Shown in pieces: positions 57,670-64,000 of a stretch of 64,000 bases of DNA. Under the pieces are notes generated by a model that ran no database searches, was not told the DNA's origin, and saw only the letters and a list, made by a program, of their open reading frames with translations. Positions within the stretch are counted from its first letter, which is position 1; each line of letters begins with the position of its first letter. Where the stretch lies: assembly GCA_963457535.1 (NCBI GenBank), contig OY734803.1:334781-398780 (forward strand), given 5' to 3'. This DNA is from Arenicellales bacterium (GTDB taxonomy: Bacteria > Pseudomonadota > Gammaproteobacteria > Arenicellales > Poriferihabitantaceae). The translations under genes and the position numbers were made by a program.

Positions 57670-59180
57670 TTGAATGGGATCCGCCCGAACGCGCCGGCGT
57701 GTATTCCTACGCGCTGCGCTGGAAGGTGGAAACCGCGCCGGTTCCGTTTGAGACGGGCGGAAGCGGCACCACCACTTACACCATCACCGACCTGCCGGTG
57801 GAACTCACCTACAAAGTGGAAGTCGCCGCGCACGACGCCGGCGGCGGCGGCCAAAGCGAATGGGCCGGCGTCACCGCCGTCCCGCTCGGCCTGGACCTGC
57901 GCCCGTTCACCCCCGGCAATGTGACGCTGACGCCGGGTCCGGGCGGCGACCAACTCACCGCCTCCTGGGAAATTCCCAAACCGGAAGGCGACATGCGCGA
58001 CTACAAAGTGGAGTTGCTCTGGGGGAAACCCGGGCCGCCGGAACTGCGCTATGTCGGCCCGTTTCTCTGGGGCCCGTGGCGCATGGCGCCCACTTACAAA
58101 GACCGGCCGAGTGTGGTGGAAATTGACGAACCCGACTCCTCCCCGCAGACCCACACTTTCACCGGGCTGGAAGCCGGCCGCTCCTACAGCGTGGAAATCA
58201 CCGCGCTGGCGGTGGAAGACGCCATTCCGCATCCGGTGCGCGGCGAGCCCGCGATCGCCTACATCACCATGCCCGATTCCAGCCCCGAAGACGGCGCGCC
58301 CGGCCTGCCGCGGCGGGTGGTGGTGCTCGCGCGCGACGGCGCGCTGGATGTGGAATGGCAAAAACCGGTGAACGGCGATGCCGGTTTCACTTATGAGGTG
58401 CACTGGAAAAAACACTTCCCGGCCGACGCGCCGGAAACCACTGCGCTGACCGAGGCCGGCGCGCTCGCCCACACCATCACCGGGCTGGACAACGGCGACC
58501 TGTATCTCGTCAAAGTCGCGGCGCTCAACGCCAACGGCAAGGGCGAATATTCGGACGAAAAATACGGCACTCCGCAGGGAACCCCGCCCGAACGGCCGGG
58601 CCCGCCGCGCAACATCCGCATCTCCACCGGCGACGACACGCTCACGGTGAAATGGGACAAGCCGTCCGGCGGCGTGCCGGTCGGCAGTTACAGCCTGCGC
58701 TGGCGGCCGGTCAATGTGACAAACGAAACCGAAGTCAGCACCCGCAACGACGCCACCCTCTTCCCGATTTCCGGCCTGCAGCCGGGCACCACTTATGAAG
58801 TGCAGGTCGCCGCGCGCAACGCCGCCGGCCCCGGCACCTATTCACCGGTGCGGCAGGCCGCCACCAAGCCGGTGTCGGCTTCCACCCTGGACATCAACGA
58901 AGACGGCGCGATCAACGCCGCCGACGGAATTTTGCTCTCGCGCTTTGCCCTCGGCGTGCGCGGCGCCGCGCTGGTCAAGGGCCAGGCGCATTTCCGCCAG
59001 GGCATCGTTGAAAAGAACCTCTACAAAATCGTCAAAATCGGCGCCGGCAATTACACCGTGCAAATAAAAGGAAGCGACGAAGACGCCCTCACCGTGGCGC
59101 GCATCCTGCTCGGAGATCCGGGACAGGACAAAACCCTCACCGCAAAAGTCCGCGAACTCGCGGCGCAGTTTAAGCGCTAA
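57666..59180 (+). CDS. FN3 repeat protein, C-terminal reading-frame segment (nominal TTG start; probably continuous with 56293..57669 through a 1-nt frame change)
   Basis: This frame continues the FN3 module that begins PRNLRA in the other frame (LIEWDPPERAGVYSYALRWK ...). Three further FN3 modules follow, and the C-terminus carries DINEDGAINAADGILLSRFALG (dockerin/EF-hand-like). Confidence 0.7.
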   Translation: MIEWDPPERAGVYSYALRWKVETAPVPFETGGSGTTTYTITDLPVELTYKVEVAAHDAGGGGQSEWAGVTAVPLGLDLRPFTPGNVTLTPGPGGDQLTASWEIPKPEGDMRDYKVELLWGKPGPPELRYVGPFLWGPWRMAPTYKDRPSVVEIDEPDSSPQTHTFTGLEAGRSYSVEITALAVEDAIPHPVRGEPAIAYITMPDSSPEDGAPGLPRRVVVLARDGALDVEWQKPVNGDAGFTYEVHWKKHFPADAPETTALTEAGALAHTITGLDNGDLYLVKVAALNANGKGEYSDEKYGTPQGTPPERPGPPRNIRISTGDDTLTVKWDKPSGGVPVGSYSLRWRPVNVTNETEVSTRNDATLFPISGLQPGTTYEVQVAARNAAGPGTYSPVRQAATKPVSASTLDINEDGAINAADGILLSRFALGVRGAALVKGQAHFRQGIVEKNLYKIVKIGAGNYTVQIKGSDEDALTVARILLGDPGQDKTLTAKVRELAAQFKR

Positions 59181-59800
59181 TCCAGCGTCGCCGCGCCGTA
59201 ATACTTCCACATCAGCAGCGCCACGCTGCTGCGGTGCGGTGACCAGCGTTCGGCGAGAGCGGCGGTTTGTTTTTCGCCGGGGCGCTCCGGCAGCGACAGA
59301 TACCGCCCGACCGCGACCTGCAGCGCCAAATCGCCGGCCGGGAAAATGTCGGCGCGGCCGAGCGCGAACATCGCGTAGATTTCCGCCGACCAGCGCCCGA
59401 TGCCGCGCACCCGCACCAACTCGGCGATTACGGCTTCGGATTCCATTTTGGCGAGCGCGTCCAAATCAATTTCGCGCGCGGCCACCATGTTTGCCAGGCC
59501 GCGCGCATAGCCGATTTTTTGCGCGGACAATCCGCAGGCGCGCAACTGCGCATCGCTGCGGTTTCGGATTTTGCGGTGGGTGACGCGCCCGCGGCAGGAC
59601 TTTTCCAACTTCCGCCAAATCGCTGCGGCCGCGCCGGTGGAAAGTTGCTGCGAGACGATGGTGCGCAGCAGCGTTTCAAACCCGGGCGGCCGCGCGCGCG
59701 GCGCCGGGCAGCCGAGCGCGTTCAGGAGTTTGCGCAGGCCCGGGTCCAGGCGCGCTGCGCTTTCCAGTTCGCGCCGGAGTTTTTTCGCGCTCTTAATCAT
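59177..59800 (-). CDS. DNA-3-methyladenine glycosylase II-like (HhH-GPD superfamily, AlkA-like)
   Basis: IVSQQLSTGAAAAIW and VRGIGRWSAEIYAMFALGRADIFPAGDLAL are the HhH-GPD motifs. Confidence 0.85.
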   Translation of the reverse strand: MIKSAKKLRRELESAARLDPGLRKLLNALGCPAPRARPPGFETLLRTIVSQQLSTGAAAAIWRKLEKSCRGRVTHRKIRNRSDAQLRACGLSAQKIGYARGLANMVAAREIDLDALAKMESEAVIAELVRVRGIGRWSAEIYAMFALGRADIFPAGDLALQVAVGRYLSLPERPGEKQTAALAERWSPHRSSVALLMWKYYGAATLD

Positions 59801-59841
59801 TTACAATTGCCGCCCCATTCGCTCAATCGTATCACCGCGCG

Positions 59842-60552
59842 ATGCGCGTTCTCATCATAGAAGACGACGACGCGACCGCCGCCTACATTCGCAAGGGGCT
59901 GCGCGAAGCCGGGCACGCCGCCGACACCGCCGCCGACGGCGAAGCGGGCCTGGCGCGCGCCGCCGGCGGAAACTACCAGGCGCTGGTCGTGGACCGCATG
60001 CTGCCGCGCTTGGACGGCCTGGCGCTGATAGCAAAACTGCGCGCGCGCGGCGACAACACCCCGGCGCTGATTCTCAGCGCGCTCGGCGAAGTCGGCGACC
60101 GCGTGGAGGGGCTGCGCGCCGGCGGCGACGACTATCTGGCAAAACCGTTCGCCTTCACCGAATTGCTGGCGCGCCTGGACGCGCTGGCGCGGCGCGCGCG
60201 GGACGGCGCGCAAATGGGCGCGGACGGCGGCGCGATATTGCGCGTCGGCGATTTGGAAATGGATTTGCCGCGCCGCGAAGTGCGGCGCGGCGGCGCGCGC
60301 ATCGCGCTGCAGCCGCGCGAGTTTCGGCTGCTGGAATACATGATGCGCCACAGCAACCAGGTGGTCACGCGCACCATGCTGCTGGAAAATGTCTGGGACT
60401 ACCGCTTTGACCCGCAGACCAATGTCATTGATGTGCACATCAGCCGCCTGCGCCGCAAAATCGACCGCGGCTTCGGCGCGCAATTGCTGAACACGGTGCG
60501 CGGCGCCGGCTACATTTTGCGCGAGCCGGAAAGCGGGCCGGACGCGCGGTGA
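59842..60552 (+). CDS. OmpR-family two-component response regulator
   Basis: Receiver domain (MRVLIIEDD ... LVVDRMLPRLDG ... DDYLAKPF) and a winged-helix C-terminus (REFRLLEYMMRH ... VRGAGYIL). Confidence 0.92.
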   Translation: MRVLIIEDDDATAAYIRKGLREAGHAADTAADGEAGLARAAGGNYQALVVDRMLPRLDGLALIAKLRARGDNTPALILSALGEVGDRVEGLRAGGDDYLAKPFAFTELLARLDALARRARDGAQMGADGGAILRVGDLEMDLPRREVRRGGARIALQPREFRLLEYMMRHSNQVVTRTMLLENVWDYRFDPQTNVIDVHISRLRRKIDRGFGAQLLNTVRGAGYILREPESGPDAR

Positions 60553-61961
60553 AGTTTCACAGTTACACCGCGCGGCTGGCGCTTTGGTACGCGCTGCTGT
60601 TCAGCGCATCCACGCTGCTCCTGTTTTATTTTTTCTACCTGTTCACCGCCTCGCACATGATTCAGCAGGCGGAGAAAACCATTCAGGCGGAAATTCGCGG
60701 ACTGGCCGAGCGCTACGACCGCAACGGGCTGCGCGGGCTGGTCGCGACCATAACAAACCGCGTCGGCCGCCAGCAGGCGCAGGCGAGCGGCAACGCGGTC
60801 TATTTGCTGACCACGCGCGCCTTTCGCCCGCTCGCCGGCAACTTGGACCGCTGGCCGGCGGCCGGCGAAAGCGCCGACGGCTGGATTGAATTTGACCTGG
60901 TCGCCGACCGCGAAAGCGGCGAGACGCATCTGGCGCGCGCGAAAGTTTTTCAACTGCAGCGCGGGCGCTACCGCCTGCTGGTCGGCCTGGACATTCACCA
61001 ACTGACCGAGGCCAAGCGGCGCATCGTGCAGGCGCTCGGCTGGGGGCTGGCGATTATGCTGCTGCTCGCGTTTCCCGGCGGGTTGATTCTCGGCCGGCGC
61101 AGCGCGCGCAAGATAGAGCGCATCAACCAGACCGCGCGCAGCATCATCTCCGGGGATTTGTCGCGGCGCGTGCCGCTGAGCAAACGCCAGGACGACTTTG
61201 ACCAGGTCGCGCACAACTTAAACCAAATGCTCGACCGCATTCAGCGGCTGATGGAGGACATCCGCCGCGTCTCCGACGGCGTCGCCCACGACCTGCGCAC
61301 GCCGCTGGCGCGCCTTCGCCAGCGGCTGGAGGAAGCGCGCGCGCGCGAGGCGCCGGACTCGGAATCGGCGCGCTCACTGGAGGGCGCGATCAAGGAGGCC
61401 GATTCGCTGCTGTCCACTTTTAACGCGCTGCTGCGAATCGCGCGCATTGAGGCGCGGCAAACCGCGCCCGGCGGCGAAGTGGATTTGCGCGCGCTGGTCG
61501 CGGATGTCGCGGAGTTCTACGAGCCGCTCGCCGAGGAAAAACAGCAGCGCATCGCCGCCGCGCCGGGACAAGACGGCGGCATCACCGTCCGCGGCGACCG
61601 CGACTTGCTGTTTCAGGCGCTCGCCAACATTCTGGAAAACGCGCTGCGCTACGCTCCGCGCGGCGGCGTCATAGAGATTTCCCTGCATCGGCACGGCGCG
61701 GACGCATGCATCGCCGTCGCCGACAACGGGCCCGGCATTCCCGAGGGCGAGCGCGAAAATGTGTTCCGCCGCTTTCACCGCCTGGACCAAAGCCGCGGCT
61801 CCGGCGGCAACGGGCTGGGCTTAAGTCTCGTCGCGGCGGTGGTGGCGATGCATGACGGCGAAATTGCACTGCAGTCCAATCATCCGGGACTGCGCGCGCT
61901 GATCACTTTGCCGCTCACGGGGCCGGCGGCGGCCCCGCAGAAAATGCCCGACGCGGCGTAA
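60549..61961 (+). CDS. Sensor histidine kinase (two TM segments, HAMP, HisKA, HATPase_c)
   Basis: H-box is SDGVAHDLRTPL, N-box is ILENALRYAP, G1 is DNGPGIP and G2 is GGNGLGLSLV. The GTG start overlaps the regulator's stop (GTGA). Confidence 0.9.
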   Translation: MKFHSYTARLALWYALLFSASTLLLFYFFYLFTASHMIQQAEKTIQAEIRGLAERYDRNGLRGLVATITNRVGRQQAQASGNAVYLLTTRAFRPLAGNLDRWPAAGESADGWIEFDLVADRESGETHLARAKVFQLQRGRYRLLVGLDIHQLTEAKRRIVQALGWGLAIMLLLAFPGGLILGRRSARKIERINQTARSIISGDLSRRVPLSKRQDDFDQVAHNLNQMLDRIQRLMEDIRRVSDGVAHDLRTPLARLRQRLEEARAREAPDSESARSLEGAIKEADSLLSTFNALLRIARIEARQTAPGGEVDLRALVADVAEFYEPLAEEKQQRIAAAPGQDGGITVRGDRDLLFQALANILENALRYAPRGGVIEISLHRHGADACIAVADNGPGIPEGERENVFRRFHRLDQSRGSGGNGLGLSLVAAVVAMHDGEIALQSNHPGLRALITLPLTGPAAAPQKMPDAA

Positions 61962-61987
61962 CCGCCGCGCCGGCGCAGAAGGCGAAC

Positions 61988-64000
61988 TCAGCCGCCCTCC
62001 ACCGCTTTCATGCTCAGCCGCACCCGCCCCTGCTTGTCCACTTCCAGCACCTTGACTTTGACCAGGTCGCCCTCGCTCAGCACATCGCTGACCTGGTTGA
62101 CCCGCTCGTTGGAGATTTGCGAGACATGGACCAGCCCGTCGCGGCCGGGCAGGATGTTGACGAATGCGCCGAAATCCATCAGCCGCACCACCTTGCCGTT
62201 GTAGATCGCGTTGACTTCCACATCGGCGGTGATTTGCTCGATGCGGCGAATCGCCTCCTGCGCGGCGGCGTTGTCGGTGGAGGCGATTTTGATGGTGCCG
62301 TCGTCGTCAATGTCAATGCTGGTGCCGGTCTCCTCGCACAGCGCGCGCACCACCGAGCCGCCCTTGCCGATGACATCGCGGATTTTTTCCGGGTTGATTT
62401 TGATGGTCAGGATGCGCGGCGCGTATTCGGACATCTCCTCGCGCGGCGCGGAAATTGCGCGCGCCATTTCGCCGAGAATGTGCAGCCGTCCATGTTTCGC
62501 CTGCTCCAGCGCCTGCTCCATGATTTCGCGCGTGATGCCGTCAATTTTGATGTCCATCTGCAGCGCGGTGATGCCGCTCTCGGTGCCTGCGACCTTGAAG
62601 TCCATGTCGCCGAGGTGGTCTTCGTCGCCGAGGATGTCGGTCAGCACCGCAAAACGCTCGCCGTCTTTGATCAGCCCCATCGCCACGCCGGCGACCGGCG
62701 CCGACACGCGCACGCCGGCGTCCATCAGCGCCAAACTCGCGCCGCACACCGTGGCCATGGAACTGGAGCCGTTTGACTCGGTGATTTCCGAGACCACGCG
62801 CACCGTGTAGGGGAACTCTTCCTGGCTCGGCAGCACCGCGCCGATCGCGCGTTTCGCCAGATTGCCGTGCCCGATTTCGCGGCGCTTCGGCGAGCCGACC
62901 CGCCCGCATTCGCCGACCGAATACGGCGGGAAGTTGTAGTGCAGCATGAACGGGTCGCGGTAGTCGCCCTGCAGCGCGTCCACGATTTGCGAGTCGCGCT
63001 CGGTGCCGAGCGTCACCACCACCAGCGCCTGCGTCTCGCCGCGCGTGAAGCAGGCCGAGCCGTGCGTGCGCGGCAGCAGCCCGGTCTCTATGTGAATCGG
63101 GCGCACGCTTTGCAAGTCGCGCCCGTCAATGCGCGGCTCGCCGCCGAGGATGCGCCCGCGCACGGTGTTCTTCTCAATGTTTTTGAGTTCGTCTTTGACC
63201 GTGTCGGCCGGCGCGTCGCCGTTGCCTTGCGCGCCGTCGGCCGGGCACAGCGCGGCGAGGGTGTTGCGGCGGATTTCGGCGAGGCCGGCGAGGCGCTCGG
63301 CTTTGTCGGTGATTTGGTACGCGGCTTCAATGCGCCCGCCGGCTTCGGCGGCGACGCGCTTCGCCAATTCGGCGTCGTGCTCGGGCGCCTGCCATTCGCG
63401 CCGCTCCTTGCCGACTTCGCGCCCGAGTTCGCGGATCGCGGCGATCGCCGCCTGGCTTTGCTCGTGCCCGAACATGACCGCGCCGAGCATCTGCTCCTCG
63501 CTCAGCACTTTCGCCTTGGATTCCACCATCAGCACCGCGCTCTCGGTGCCGGCGACCACCAAATCCAGCGAAGACGCGGCGAGTTGCGCCGAGTCCGGAT
63601 TCAGCACATAGTCGCCGCCGACCAGTCCGACCCGCGCCGCGCCGACCGGCCCGTTGAACGGAATGCCGGAAATTTCCAGCGCGGCCGAGGCGCCGAGGAG
63701 CGCCGGAATGTCGGGGTTGATGCGCGGATCTATGGACAGCACCGTGGCGATGATCTGCACCTCGTTCATGTAGCCCTTCGGAAACAGCGGGCGAATCGGG
63801 CGGTCGATCAGGCGGCAGGTCAGCACCGCGTTTTCCGACGGCCGGCCCTCGCGCTTAAAAAAACCGCCGGGAATTTTGCCGGCGGCATAGGTGCGCTCTT
63901 CGTATTCCACGGTGAGCGGGAAAAAGTCCAGGTGCCCCTTTTCGCGGCGGCCGACCACGCTGACCAGAACGATGGTGTCGCCCATGGACACCAATACCGC
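61988..64000 (-). CDS. pnp: Polyribonucleotide nucleotidyltransferase (PNPase), N-terminus outside the window
   Basis: Two RNase PH-like domains, a KH domain ([15 protein letters not shown]) and an S1 domain ([15 protein letters not shown]). The frame stays open to base 64000. Confidence 0.95.
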   Translation of the reverse strand, partial: AVLVSMGDTIVLVSVVGRREKGHLDFFPLTVEYEERTYAAGKIPGGFFKREGRPSENAVLTCRLIDRPIRPLFPKGYMNEVQIIATVLSIDPRINPDIPALLGASAALEISGIPFNGPVGAARVGLVGGDYVLNPDSAQLAASSLDLVVAGTESAVLMVESKAKVLSEEQMLGAVMFGHEQSQAAIAAIRELGREVGKERREWQAPEHDAELAKRVAAEAGGRIEAAYQITDKAERLAGLAEIRRNTLAALCPADGAQGNGDAPADTVKDELKNIEKNTVRGRILGGEPRIDGRDLQSVRPIHIETGLLPRTHGSACFTRGETQALVVVTLGTERDSQIVDALQGDYRDPFMLHYNFPPYSVGECGRVGSPKRREIGHGNLAKRAIGAVLPSQEEFPYTVRVVSEITESNGSSSMATVCGASLALMDAGVRVSAPVAGVAMGLIKDGERFAVLTDILGDEDHLGDMDFKVAGTESGITALQMDIKIDGITREIMEQALEQAKHGRLHILGEMARAISAPREEMSEYAPRILTIKINPEKIRDVIGKGGSVVRALCEETGTSIDIDDDGTIKIASTDNAAAQEAIRRIEQITADVEVNAIYNGKVVRLMDFGAFVNILPGRDGLVHVSQISNERVNQVSDVLSEGDLVKVKVLEVDKQGRVRLSMKAVEGG

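Overview
This is a gene-dense, high-GC chromosomal segment (by eye about two-thirds G+C) of a proteobacterium-like genome. I support about 58 protein-coding genes. I recognised no rRNA, tRNA, CRISPR array, transposase or integrase. Many adjacent genes share ATGA, TGATG or GTGA start/stop overlaps, so operons are tightly packed.

Content in order:
1. 1-11.0 kb: a HAAT-type (Liv-like) ABC importer with two adenylate-forming ligases, a family III CoA-transferase and a crotonase. A DNA methyltransferase-nuclease fusion gene sits between the two permease genes.
2. 11.3-16.4 kb (minus strand): a methylated-amine catabolic operon with an MttB-family methyltransferase and a dimethylglycine-dehydrogenase-like FAD/GcvT fusion. 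A visibly AT-richer two-gene cassette of unknown function separates them.
3. 16.5-23.5 kb: rmuC, a YHS-domain protein, a GNAT, an acyl-CoA synthetase, a 3-hydroxyacyl-CoA dehydrogenase, a hypothetical protein and a maleate-isomerase-like protein.
4. 23.5-30.3 kb (minus strand): two tandem ProX-like binding proteins, an adenylate kinase fused to a DUF429-like domain, a Rieske oxygenase, BolA and formate-THF ligase.
5. 30.5-35.2 kb: fumarate reductase/succinate dehydrogenase-like genes in B-C-D-A order, plus a two-subunit class I fumarase.
6. TerC, then pgk-gap-tkt.
7. 40.4-45.5 kb: a stand-alone operon of CheW-like, short MCP-like, histidine-less CheA-like and IMPase genes.
8. Peptide-type and general amino-acid-type ABC importers.
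9. A large FN3-repeat secreted protein interrupted by a frameshift.
10. An alkA-like glycosylase, an OmpR/HK pair, and pnp, which is truncated at the window edge.

The most interesting candidates are the degenerate chemosensory-like operon, the AT-rich zinc-ribbon cassette inside the betaine operon, the operon-embedded methyltransferase-nuclease, the Adk-DUF429 fusion, and a family of A-tract/CCGCGG short tandem repeats in intergenic regions. All functional calls rest on motif recognition by eye in the supplied translations. No database search was run.
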